From Bispira polyomma (taxonomy: Eukaryota), in the NCBI GenBank assembly GCA_965649765.1, contig OZ287759.1:10168001-10232000 (forward strand): DNA of 64,000 bases, in the 5' to 3' direction. Shown one piece after another: positions 39,294 to 52,259 of this stretch; position 1 is the stretch's first letter; every line of letters begins with the position of its first letter. A program made the position numbers and the translations under genes. The notes under the pieces were generated by a model. That model saw nothing but the letters and a program-made list of their open reading frames with translations. It was not told the DNA's origin and ran no database searches.

Positions 39294-39776
39294 ATGACTG
39301 CCATCTATGTTGTTGCCACAGTAATGGGGATGATCTTATTGATATCTTACCCAAGACCATGCTCAAGTGTAAACTGTGTCTGTTTTGAGAAAATTGTGGA
39401 AGGCATGGTGAATCCACTGGTGATGGAAGAACCTAAAGATGGTTCTGGTAGGCTGTTTGTTACGTCACAGGACGGCTTTATTCACATCTACTATAGGAAT
39501 GGAACGAAACGGGAGAAACCATTTGTAGATGTGAGTCACAAACTCTCCAAACTAAAAAGCCGATCGAGGGGTCTCATAGGAAGTGCCCTGCATCCAAACT
39601 TTGCTGAAAATAAGCGACTTTACATCTATTATACTACCAAGCTGGCACCGGATGGGATAGATAGGGCAACGCTTAGCGAGGTCCGGGTATCTGATCACGA
39701 CCCCAATGAAAGTGACCCAACTGAGAAAGTCCTCATAGCGGTGAAAAAACCAGGCAGAATCCATAATGGCGGCCAG
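39294..39776 (+). CDS. HHIPL paralog B first coding exon (signal peptide plus start of propeller)
   Basis: tttttag|gaaagtATG ... HNGGQ|gtatgg. Confidence 0.92.
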
Positions 39777-42700
39777 GTATGGGTCCATTTGTTTGATCAG
39801 ATTTATTGTTTCAATATAACATGTTTAATGAATCACATCTAAAAAGGTTGTGATTGCTTAAGGTATTAGTGTCGTAAACTCACAAATACGTCACCAATAA
39901 ATCATTCGAGCAAGTTCATTTTTACCTATGTACAAACATGGCTTTTTAACTATTTTTAGTATACCTACACAATTTAAGAGATTAAACTCCCACTACGGCT
40001 ATTCTTGTATTGTGGCGTCACACAATTTGAAATCTATGTATAAACGTCATAGTTGTACACAAATCTAAGAGATAAGCCTTTCTATTGTAACATAATATAA
40101 ATAATGATTCAGCATACATGATGATATTATTACGAATATTTTCCTTTAGAAAACATATTATTCTCAATGAATTTTTTAAATATATTTCCGTATTTTATGG
40201 AAAACTTAGAAATAATTATTTCTTCATTTTATAATACATTAACCTGTGCAATTTCCTTATATTAGCACAGTGGATTAAATTTTATTAAAAAAGTAAATCA
40301 TACAAAATAATGCTGATATCTTTGTTTATCTTATGGTGTGCAATATTATAGTATTGATTACCTATATGAACTTTGTGCCTGCAACTTCTTATATGTAATA
40401 TTGGTTGTTGATTGATTGTTTAAATTGAGCTTGATTTGTTTTTTCATCCCTCCTTTCAAATTTTCAATCCTCGTAAAGTAAAAATTGTATTTAAAGATTA
40501 ACTTTAAAGCCTTCATAACAAATAAAGTGCAGGTTCCAGGCAGTTTTTCTTTCATAACGTGATTTAGCGGCAATGATTTTTTTGTGTGTGTTTACATTAC
40601 TAACCCCATAAGAAAAAGTTATAATCAAACGAAAACTTATTATTGTACTCACATTTAATATGATATTTTTGTGCAAAAAAAGTATATTATTGATGTGATT
40701 TAATACCTTCATTGTACCATTGAACGAACACTGTAAATTATATTAAACTATACTTTTTCTTCTTCTGGGGTCATATTCAGTACCTTTTGTTTGAAATATA
40801 GCATTTCAAGGACTACAACTTCAAGTCATAGATCACATTGTATGCATTTAGCTGACTTGCACAATAATAATGTGTACCGGAAATTTGGTCAAATATATGA
40901 AACAAATGTATTGATATATACACCAAGAACATCAAATTTTAGAAATATAAGTTTCAAAATACTTTAATTGAGACATTATAATGTGAGATGCAAGTTTATT
41001 GCTACTAAGTGTGTAAAATAAAGCAAAAGTTTTGCTATAGGTGACATTTGCTATCATTTGTGTGTGACTTCACAAATTATTATTGAATGTGAACCCCTGT
41101 CTGTATATTACTTGATAAATCATTTGTTTAACCTAAAGGGGAAGCTGGTGTTCAAACAAACTGTTGCTTGAGCTGGTATGTTGGTACAGATCGTCTGAGC
41201 CTATGTCATGGTTTTAACTTAATGTTTCCTGCCACACAAACCTAAGGTATTTAAATTCGGCCAAATCAGAAAAATTAACATTCTCAAATTTGGATGACAT
41301 TCTTTCTTCTCGCCTCATTAAACACTCTTGTGAAAATACAAATAGTCTCAGTCTATAATATAGCCATACCTTGTCATCTATTCTTAGCAGTCATGCTCCT
41401 TGGGTTTGTGAAACCCCCCACTTTCTGACCCCCATGAATGGACTATCCATTCTATGGGGGCGCATTAAATCAACACTTGAAGGAAGTGCTACAAAATTGC
41501 AACAAACAACTTCAATGCCCTGATGACTACAGCCAAAAAAGAGCACTATCATTCGATCATCAATTAGAACCCAAACTCACCAAAAAGGCTATGGAGCTCA
41601 ATAAAAATAAATCCTCTTAGAATCAAAAAAATCAAATTGGCGACCATTTTTCATCATCTTTTAACCTACCTTTTGGGGGACCCCAGGGGGCGATTCTAGG
41701 TCCTCTACTTTTTACCCTCTATACTCATCCTCTCAGTGAAGTCATCAATAATCACAATGTTAAACATCATGTGTATGCTGATGCAATTAAATTTATCTTG
41801 TACTTAACCCTCATTATGCCAGAAACAATCGTGACTTACATGACGACTGTCTCTCCTCAATTTAGGCATTTATGAACTCCAAACTAAAACTAAACCTAGA
41901 TAAAATGGAATTCATCTTAATTAACAACAAGAAACACAGTTATACTAAGGATCATTTTTTCCAATCACACTACTGGGCAATGAGATTACACCTTCAGAAC
42001 AGGTAAAAAATCTAGGTGTCACTATTGACGGTGCTTTTTCATTTGTTCCTCACATTCCTCCACAACATTGCTGCCCTTGCTACTATTACATTCAGGACCT
42101 CAAAAAAATCAGAAATTATATGTCACTAGATACTGCTATCACTGTGGCCAATGCTCTTGTGAGTAGCCGCCTTGACTATTGTAATTCTCTTCTGTTTGGA
42201 GCAAATAAGTCCCACATAAACAAGTTGCAGTCCATTCAAAACTGTCTATGTAGAGTCATCTTTTGTTTGGCTATCCGTACTGATGCAACTCCATACCTCA
42301 AGCAACTCCATTGGCTTCCAATTCACTATCAAATCCTGTTTAAAATGCACATAACTACCTTTAAAGCTGTTGTCTCTCAACAGCTTCACTACCTTGCTTC
42401 AAAACTATCCTTCAGCAGTCTTAAAAGGGGAAAGAGGCTCTCTGTTTCCTCTAAAAACCCACCAAGAGGGTCAGATCTAGAGCCTTCTCGGTTCCCACCC
42501 CTGTGCTACAGAACCACCATGCAGTTAAACTTAGAATGCTTGAAACAGTTTCTAGATTTAGGAAAAAGTTCAAAACCTATCTCTTCAGGCTCGCCTATCG
42601 TCAGTAGTCCTCTACCTGGGCGCTGGCGCATCCATCCTTGCAACCTGATTATTATTTATTTTTCTATTGGCTGACTGATTCTGATGTTGCCTAGCATTAA

Positions 42701-45700
42701 CAAGACACGTTAAAAATGTACAATACAACAATACAATACAAGTTTGGCAGTGTACAGGTACATGTACTCTCTTATTTTCTGTACTTTTCAGCTGCTGTTT
42801 GACAGTAAAAGTTACCTGTACTTATTTAATGGTGATGGAGGTGTGCAGGGTGACCCAGATAACAATGCACAAAACAAGTGAGGGCATTGTACTATTAAAA
42901 ATATCTGCAACAAAATTACACTATTTGGTCCACAGAACGCAATTTGCATATAACTGTTGAATAGCTCTTCTTTTGTAAACATTTAGCATATTTACTCATA
43001 TAGGTTGTAAATAGGGTTAAACCCTTATAGGATAGTCATTTTGTTATATCGTATTTCATTTCTAAACATTCATTATTCAATGGTTATAATCACTTTAGCT
43101 AAACAAAATTAATAGTATAAAATGTAAGGACATGATTCATTCCTATGTTTGACATGAAACAAAAGCATCCAAACACTCCATCTATGAATATGCACCAACC
43201 GATAGTGAGGCGACTGGTATATACTCTTTTGCTTCCACAAAGCCTTACTTCAATTTCTGTGGCACATTCTTTTATCCGTATGTTTAATTTTGAGAGATGC
43301 TTTTAAAAAAAAATTTGTAATATTTTGTTTTTTTAATTGTTGCTGTAGCCAATATTGCAAAAAATATGTTATACATCCTTTGATTCTGTGAATTACCGCA
43401 TTACTGATTTGAATCCTGTTAAGGTGGTTAGTATGTTGATTGGAATGTCCCCGATTAAATTTTTTGTAATGCAATACTTGTAGTAACATCCTTGCACAAG
43501 ATTTAAAACCCCCATTGGCCAACAACATATTGTAGGACTACCGTTTCAATGTAATCATTTGCAATGTATATAAGTTAAGCTTTTTAGGCATATCCTGTAA
43601 TATAAGTTTAGAAAAACAACTCAATAGAATATACAGTGCCATCTTCTAATTGCTTACTGCATAAATCCTCCCCAGAATCTATAATTCATCTTTTCTCTCT
43701 TTGTCTTTGAAATTTGTAATAAGACTTTGACAGGCATTAAAAATAATACTGGATTCAGTGGAACACATTTTGGGATATCTAATTACTCATAACAACTTCT
43801 TTGTTATGAAATATTCTTCTTCTGTCCAATAAAAAGTTATGTATTCCAATTCAAGAGACTCGCCTTGTTTAAAAATTAAATTAGTTTATTTTTGCTTACT
43901 ATTATACTATTATAAGACTGTACATTTTTGTAACTGTTTAAAACTAGAATATTTCATGTTTTTATAACCATAATATACCCTGACAGGTGCATTTTTTGTA
44001 AAGTCTATCTAAGAGGGTTGCAACCTCTTCTCTCTACACACAGGTTTATAATAGAGGGAATGAATGTTATATATTTCAACAAATATATATGTTTTTAAGT
44101 TAATTCATACAACTTTAGGTCACAACTACTGGGAAAGGTATTACGTTTTGATGTGTCAGACCCGAATGTGCCATACACAATTCCACCAGAGAATCCTTTT
44201 GTGAATGATCCAGATGCAAGACCAGAAGTTTATGCAATTGGTGTAAGGTGTGGATTCAGTGGAGGAATTGATAAAGGTGATCCAAAGACAGGTTTGTGTA
44301 ATATATTTAATCCACTGTGCAGGTTAACCAATTAAAATATGGGTGATGGTAAGTCAGGGAGAGACAATAAACCAAAAAATTGGTGGTAGACGAAGGTATC
44401 TTAATGACAACATGAGAGTTATTAAAACAAAGCTTATTTTGCAGATATAAAGATAATCTGTGTTTCATTTACATGCAACTACATTAATATAGAAAAATCA
44501 TGGTATTTGCTAGTTCATATAGTTGTCTTTTTGTTCAATTTGAGAATTGTGCCACCTAATTAATAGAATTACTGGGTTACTCTTTCTACAACATAGGATG
44601 CCTGGACATCAATAGTAGCAATATATCATATACATCTGTGTCTGAGTCATGGGTTAACTTAATCTTTGCAGGTTATGGTAAAGACCGAATCATGTTCGGG
44701 GATGTTGGTTGGTCCAAAAATGAAGAACTGAACTACTTAGCACCAGACGGAGGGGGCAGTAACTATGGTTGGAGGTATTGGCAGGGCACATTTTGCCATT
44801 ATGAGACAGAGTGCTTCAACATACGTGAGTCAAGATGTTTGTTCATTACTCAGTACATAACAAAGGTTGCTTTCTCTTTTGATCTAAATCTTACTGATTT
44901 TGTATTGACTCTTCGATGCTTTAGTCAGTGATCCTGACTTATCTATTCAAGTGAATACAATAAGGTGCTTGTATAGCTATAATTATTCTTACCTCAACCA
45001 AGCTGGTCGTGACTTTTTCAGTTCCCTTGTTTGGTTTATTTGTTTGTCACAGAGATTACTTTACATTACTCAACTAATTTACATGAAATTCGGTGCAGGA
45101 ATCATGATGCCATTAGTTTATACATTTCTAGTTAACCTTATATGGCAGACTGAAGAAATTAATCATAATTAGCAACAAATATTGTTTATGTTCTACGAAA
45201 AAACAACTGAGAATAATATGCTTCTAGTGTATGAATTTATTGTCCACTGGGAAAATGGAAATGTCTATATCACACTTAAATTCTAAAGTAACAAAAAAAA
45301 AATTAATTATAACTTGGCAAGAATAAATAAATACATGTATGAAGACTGTCATAAATGCTGAACACATGGTGTGATTTGAATGGGTATTGTTTCTCATATA
45401 TGCCAATAATCACAATATAACCATTGCTACATTCTATAAACTGAATAGGTGACTGTTGCTGTGGCAGTAAGGCTTTAAGACATGCATGTGTTGGCAATAT
45501 CTTTGTCCACATCATGATTAATATATTCGCTAATAATTTGATTTATGTCATTTATCTTACTTAAAATAATTTGCTTTATAATTGATAGCTTCTCACCATG
45601 GACAATAGACATTTATTTTGTTTATGTGGGGAAACAATATGCAATGGTTTTAGTATTACTGCTTTCTGCCACGAATATATCCACTTGCCATGACATAAAC

Positions 45701-48700
45701 ATAAGAATGTTGAAAGTGACATAAAATGTAAATAAAGTTAAGCAGCATGATGAAAGTTTATTACTCTATATAATATAACAGCAGGTACTTCAGTGCAATT
45801 CTTTCCCAGTGTTCCACAGTGTCAAAGACTAAAAGAACCCATTCCTGGACCCGTCCATCTATGTGGATTCTTCTTGATCAATGCCCTATACTTCCAACAA
45901 AGTTCAGTTAAAATTAGTTTAGTAGTTTCTGTAATTCTGCCTAGAAACAAACAAGCCACCTATAAAAACAACAGACACAGGTTAATATAATAATATCATA
46001 ATTGGTTGGGAACTATAGATGATGGATGAACCCCTACATACAACTAATTCAAAATATAAACTTTTTATAAACATAAATTTTAATGTTTTAGTATCACAGC
46101 AAATTAATTTTTCTCTGTGCAAGGCTTTTATCCGAAAAGTTTATACATTGTGTCATTAGTTGCACGGAATTGCATTTTAACTCCTTTATTTCTATTTGGG
46201 GGGGGAGGGTAGCTAACTACGTCCCTCCAGTGGTCAACTACGGACACAACATGGGAAATGCTATTATTGGTGGGAGTTTCTATCGAGGATGTAGCTACCC
46301 AGGCCTCAATGGAGTCTACTTCTATGGTGATCATGGTTTTGGGTAAATATATTTGATCAACTGTTACATCAATTGTAACAAGGTAAAATATTTGTTTTCT
46401 GTATTTGCTTTCTGTTTATATCCAAATTGTGTGTATTTTGTTTGTAATAAATAAAAATACAAATTATAGTGGATAGTGTGTCACACATAATGCAGCCACA
46501 TATTTGCCAATAAAAATTGGTTATTTTACTGATGTGTATGCAACAATCAGTATTGGTGCAATCCACTTGCATTGTAAGTAAAATATAAAGACACAAAACA
46601 GTTCTTTACTATAAGTTCAGTTGAAAGAAAATACTGACCATATGTCATGATTGAGCTCCAGTTTTATGTGATCAACCTTTCCAATTTGTCTATAAAAATG
46701 CTCAATGCATATCATATAAGGTACTTGCACTAACGTATACATGACTACCGAGTTTGATGCTATGTTCTAAAAAAATGGGCACCTTTTTGAATGGTGCAAA
46801 TTCTGTAGAATTACCAATTTATTCACATGCCTTAAAACATCTCTAAGCTAAAACTGGTTGATTGTTTGGACCTTCATTACTATTGTCGCCTCCATATACT
46901 TACTTTTGTATCAAAGCTAGGATTGGCTGATTGCTTTTAGGTTTGTTTGATTTGCTGTGACCTTTGTTGCAATTTACACTGCTGTATATTTCATATGTCT
47001 GACCGTTGCTAGTGTAGCGAATGCATTGATACAGGTTCTCTAGAACCCTCATTTCGAACAACACCTTTTTTATCATTGCAATGCATAATCCATCCGACAA
47101 ATTGTTCACATTTCGTTTACAGTCGTGTGTGGACATTGGTTGAAGACAGCACCCAACCCAATGGCTGGTTGAGTGAGGACCTGAATGTTTGCACTGACTG
47201 TAAAGCGCGTGGCCTCCTTCCTTTTCCATTTGGTCACGTATACGGCTTTGCAGAAGATGCTATAGGTGTCTTAATTTTCTTCATCTTTGCATTATTTTTG
47301 TTCATGGTGCCATACACATGTTTGTTCTGATAAAATAACATATGTTATCAGTTTTTCCATGTGGGCTTGTTGGCAAAAAGTTTGCTAACTGCAGGGAGCC
47401 CAGATATCTTGAACCAACGTCTACTTATCTATCCGCCAAGTATACTACCAATCATGAGTTAACCATGATATATCCCTTAAAACTGGTTTTAATTACCTGA
47501 TCTAGCTATACGTAGTTGATTGAAGTAAAAGTCCTATTCCATTTCTGACTTTTTATTTTGCTTTGGTATTTAGGTAGAGGTTGTGCACTTCTTAGTGCCT
47601 CTTCTCATTTGGGAGAAAAGCCTTTGTAACAAAAATCTTATCATGTTTTTTTGACATGAAAGGAAATTATGATATTATTGTTTTATTGTTTTTTTTTAAT
47701 TACAGATGCCTTAATTTTATGAGTGTAGTCATTATATACATTTGTTGCTTTATAGGAGATTTGTACCTGTTAAGTGCCACAACTTCAGAGCCACTAGAAA
47801 TGCCCCCTGGTGGACAGATCTTTAAAATCATCGACCCATCAACGTAAGCAAAATGTCAAAATAGAGACTAATTTAATGCCTTCAGTGTGTGCCTACTATA
47901 TAAAGATGTCTTCGGATAACCAAAACACTGAAATAGAACTAGAAACAAAAATATCATCAATAGCTTCATTGAGGGAGTATTTGATCTTATTAACAGGAAT
48001 TATTGATATTTATTCAACACAGTATAACCTTATTCTGTTGAAAGCGTGCATTGAAATTTACATTTAAATATAAACTTTTTAACCTAAAAGAGCATGTGCA
48101 TGCATGGTTTTTAAAGGAGATCCAAAACAAAGTGACAAGTGGCTCTCGGAACTAATAGGGAGTTGTAGACTAAAATTCGCAAAAAGTCTAGATTTTGACC
48201 TCTTGTGTTGCAAAAAAAAACTTTAGGATGGATTCCTATAACAAATCGGCTTATATTTACCTTTGTATGAGATTCCCGGCAGTTGTTTATGAAAATGGAA
48301 CCTAATTTTCGAAATTGCGTGGGAGGGATACCAGTCGGGATACCACAAAAGACAAAAACCACCACTATTAAAATAGGTGCCTGTATTTAAGCTTAAACAA
48401 CTTTTTTGTAATGTAACAAAAAGTACAATAATCACAATATAATAAGCTTTCTCACCACAATTTCCCAAAATTGTTATCCGCAACAATTTATTAATAAATA
48501 ATTGGCAATTCTTAGCTTTATGAGACGAAATAATTTGTATGCGTAAAATCACAAACAAAAGTCTGGAGATTTAACAGTTAATTTGTCTATTAAAGTGATG
48601 AAATCCCCTAACATATTAATTTTTTGTTACTATTTTAAATTTCTCTTTTGATATTGTTTTTATTTAAATTTCAATTCAAATATATTGTTATATGACTTAG

Positions 48701-51527
48701 ACTTGGACTAAAAAAAGTTTAAAATATAAGGTTTCAGAGTTTATACAGGTTATTGATCAAACTCTTACATTAAAGTAAGTATATATGATACAGATTTCAT
48801 ACTGATCTTACAGATTTATCTAACTTCCTTAAGCTATATTGCTCTAAATCAAAAACAATGATCTCAAATATGCACGTTAACATGAAAAGATAATTGATTG
48901 TTCTCTAAATTATTAGTTCTTACATTTAGTAAGTATATTTTATGTATAAATTATAAGTTCTTACATTTAGTAAGTATATTTTATGTAAGTCAAAAACAAT
49001 GATCTTAAACATGAAAGGATGATTCGTTCTTAAATAACTGTGTTTCTTAGATACTGTCATCACTATGGCTAACTCCCTTGTTGGCTACCCTAGTTCCCTT
49101 CTACTCTGAGTGAAATAGATCACACAATAGAATCTTTGCAACTATTTTTGCAAATGCAATTAAGACTACAATTCATTATTCCCCATTACACTATATAATG
49201 ATAGACAGAATGCTAAATAATACTGGAGCGGTATTCACAAACATGGATCAAGATCAGATCAAGTTATCCTTTGAAAAAATCGGTATTTACAAAGCAAGAA
49301 ATCACTTCATATAAAAATTTTAAATATTTGATCTGTTTTGTATCCTACTTCTTCCCTCAAACATCTCCTGTCAGCCATGGAGAGGTAACTGTAAAATGTG
49401 CCTAACTCCTTTCTATTAGTGCAGTATTCAAAAACAAGGATCAAGATCAGATCAAAGCTGAGAAACATATAGACTACTCTTTGTACAGTGAAAGGTAACA
49501 TGTGAGGGGTAGTGGGGGAACTAGACTACTCTTCGTGCAGTGATAGGTAATTGGTGAAGGCTAGTGGAAGCAGTCGACTAGTATTTGTATAATGATAGGT
49601 AACTGGTAAGGGGTAGTGGGGGAACTACTCTACTCTTTCCACAATGATAGGGAACTTTTGAAGGGTAGTGGAAGCACTACAGCAGTCTTTGTACAGTGAT
49701 AGGTAACTGGTGAGGGGTAGTGGGAGCACTAGATTACTCTTTGTACAGTGGTAGGTAACTGGTGAGGGGTAGTGGGAGCACTAGACTACTCTTTGTACAG
49801 TGGTAGGTAACTGGTGAGGGGTAGTGGGAGCACTAGATTACTCTTTGTACAGTGGTAGGTAACTGGTGAGGGGTAGTGGGAGCACTAGACTACTCTTTGT
49901 ACAGTGGTAGGTAACTGGTGAGGGGTAGTGGGAGCACTAGACTACTCTTTGTACAGTGGTAGGTAACTGGTGAGGGGTAATGGGTTACTAAAATATGTTA
50001 TCATTTATTTCCATTTCCATTCAACTGCATGATGCATAATTACTACACTTGATTTTTAAGAAATATTTGAAATGTTTTTGTATTCTAGTTTTTCCCTCAA
50101 ACATCTCCTGTCAGCCATGGGAGGTGACTGGGAGGTGACTGTAAAATCGCCAAACAATCTGGTGGTTGATACTGTCTTTAATGGGACTAACTCCCTTTTA
50201 AGTGCAGTATTCAAAAACAAGAATCAAGATCAGATCAAAGTTGAGAAAAGAGTTTAAAGTATTCACAAAGCAAGGAATCATCTCAAAATATCAAATATTT
50301 GATCTGTTTTTTTTTGTTTTTTTTTGTATTCTTCTTCCCTCAAACATCTAATGTCAGCCATATTTGATCTATGCTGATCCAAATTTTACCCACTATGTCC
50401 CAGATTTTCAGATTCAAAGTGGCGAGTGTGTCAAAACGACCCTGGATGTAGTGTCATGTGACGTCATAGTTCTCAAGCATTTTGGGATTGTATATTTTTA
50501 TATGAACCAAGCAAGTAACCAGGATATGCCCAATTTTTATAACCAGATCTCAGTAGTTGAAGACCAGTTCTTAGCAGTTCATCACATGTGCATGCCAATT
50601 TTACTCATGCAGATTATGGCAAATTACACCAGTACTGTCCAGATCACCTGGATTGTGAGAAGTTTATGCCTCGTTTGGGCCCCACCAGACATCTTAGTTG
50701 CTTCTTTTCAAGTTAAATGTGTAGATAATCATATTTGTGGTGACTTGCCGGAATTTGTAAATACGCCGAATGCCAGACATTTCGACCTAGCAAACATTAT
50801 TATCAACCCATTTTTTGTTTTGACATTTCAACCCAATTTTGGGGGATTTCGACCCTTTTTATCTCTAATGTAGTGTTCACACTGTATTATACATTGTATT
50901 CATAGACAACGGTCAATGATACAAAACACAACAATACTACCAGCAATCTATTCGGCTGCTAGTGACTATAACAAATGAAAACAGGCAACGAAAATATCTA
51001 GAATCTCCATAGTTCCTATTATTGATCACTTAGCTTTGCTTTCTTATATTTTCACTTCCAGTGATCGTAATAGGAAGATTGACGATGATTTGTGTCTTAG
51101 ATACTACTCAATAGCAATTCTCGCTTGGGGTCCCAATTGTCTTGTTTATGTTGAGATACCATAGTAGGTGAAGACATTTTAACCATTAAACAGAGCATAA
51201 ATATATGTGATATATAAGGGTAATTTTAAGCTGGAAGAAAATTTTACAAAATTAGAATTCATATTCACTGTTGGCTATTTTGTTTTTACTATATCAATAA
51301 AAGTTGCAATTTTTATAAAGGCTACTTTATTTTGATATAAAACTGAATATTAATTTAATACTCCCATAGACATGAAAAGAGACTGAAAATGTGTGGACAG
51401 GACGGTCCCATACCCACACCTAGACCTTCACCCACACCTAAACCTACACCCACACCTAAACCTGCACCCACACCTAAACCTGCAAGCACACCTACACCAA
51501 CACCCAAACCGACACCCCCACCAAAAG
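39294..51527 (+). CDS. HHIPL: HHIP-like secreted beta-propeller protein, paralog B: join(39294..39776,42792..42877,44119..44291,44672..44824,46213..46342,47123..47265,47756..47843,51370..51527) plus an uncertain terminal exon (~471 aa assembled)
   Basis: All GT-AG introns, consistent phases and no stops. Signal peptide [25 protein letters not shown]; motifs [89 protein letters not shown]. Confidence 0.92.
41270..42740 (+). mobile_element. L2/CR1-group LINE 3' portion in the first coding intron of paralog B
   Basis: [16 protein letters not shown]...HHVYAD; [14 protein letters not shown]; LHWLPI; aatac tail. Confidence 0.9.
42792..42877 (+). CDS. HHIPL paralog B exon ([29 protein letters not shown])
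   Basis: ttttcag|CTG ... AACAA|gtgagg. Confidence 0.9.
44119..44291 (+). CDS. HHIPL paralog B exon ([10 protein letters not shown]...PEVYAIGVR...GDPKT)
   Basis: ctttag|GTCA ... GACAG|gtttgt. Confidence 0.9.
44672..44824 (+). CDS. HHIPL paralog B exon (RIMFGDVG...NYGWR)
   Basis: tttgcag|GTTAT ... CATAC|gtgagt. Confidence 0.9.
46213..46342 (+). CDS. HHIPL paralog B exon (GGSFYRGC...YFYGDHGFG)
   Basis: gggtag|CTAAC ... TTTGG|gtaaat; 130 nt, as in paralog A. Confidence 0.88.
47123..47265 (+). CDS. HHIPL paralog B exon (RVWTL...VYGFAEDAI)
   Basis: tttacag|TCGT ... CTATAG|gtgtct. Confidence 0.88.
47756..47843 (+). CDS. HHIPL paralog B exon (DLYLLSA...FKIIDPST)
   Basis: tttatag|GAGAT ... TCAAC|gtaagc. 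Confidence 0.88.
49224..50362. repeat. Repeat element made of ~200-bp diverged tandem units, hosting the minisatellite
   Basis: ttccctcaaacatct..tgtcagcca at ~49352, 50093 and 50335; atcaagatcagatcaa at ~49246, 49440 and 50223. Confidence 0.65.
49470..49990 (+). repeat. 52-bp minisatellite, about 10 copies
   Basis: Unit gactactctttgtacagtggtaggtaactggtgaggggtagtgggagcacta. Confidence 0.95.
51370..51527 (+). CDS. HHIPL paralog B exon: HEKRLKMCG plus Pro/Thr/Lys-rich stalk
   Basis: cccatag|ACATGAA ... CCAAAAG|gtatgt; PTPKP-type repeats. Confidence 0.82.
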
Positions 51528-52259
51528 GTATGTCATATATATATTACTTCGCGCATATATGCAATATAATACTTGTCAATCTCAATTTATTTTGTTGGTA
51601 ATACAATGGTCTTTCGTTTGGTTTGATTATTGCATCAGTATTCTATTCTGTATCCTTAACAAATGCTACATTGAGTTAGACATCATAAATGAAAACAAAT
51701 AATAAAGACGTAGATTGGCATTAAATCTTACATTATCATTAAATTTAACCATCTGTGAAGAAGTATTTGATATAAAAGCAGCAGATAAATGTGAAAAAGC
51801 AAAAATCATCGATATTTTCGAAACATAAAGTAAATGGTATATCAACCAATGTAGAACAAAAAAATAAAATCTTGATCTTTGCCGAATTTATCAGTATTTG
51901 TAATTCAAAATTTGATATTTATCTCTTAGCAAACCTGAATAGTTTTGAGAGCTGTCAAACTAAAGTAAACCAAAGCCTTAGATAAGTTAATTGGTGTGTC
52001 AATCAAAATTGTCTATTTGAAGGAGAGCAATAAACAAGATTGATACTTTGGGACTTCAGATATACTCAGGAAAATATATTGTAATATAATTGCCATGAAA
52101 GTATTTATATAATGTATATTGTCATGGAATTATTCATATAATGTACATTGCCATATTTGTTTGTATGTTTGTACTACATGTATTTGTATTGTGTAATTAT
52201 TGTATTGCATGTGTTTTTGCAAAACAAAAAAAAATTGTTGTTATATGTGGCTTAGATAC

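Noticed and set aside
49470-49990. CRISPR-like array
   Set aside because: Contiguous tandem units with no unique spacers, in a eukaryotic intron.
50364-50873. 169-aa ORF as a gene
   Set aside because: Non-ATG start, no recognisable motif, and it lies in repeat-derived intronic DNA.
39294-51527. Bacterial PQQ glucose/sorbosone dehydrogenase from contamination or recent transfer
   Set aside because: Seven spliceosomal introns, several shared with a paralog, and HHIPL-specific motifs such as YRGC and KIIDPS.
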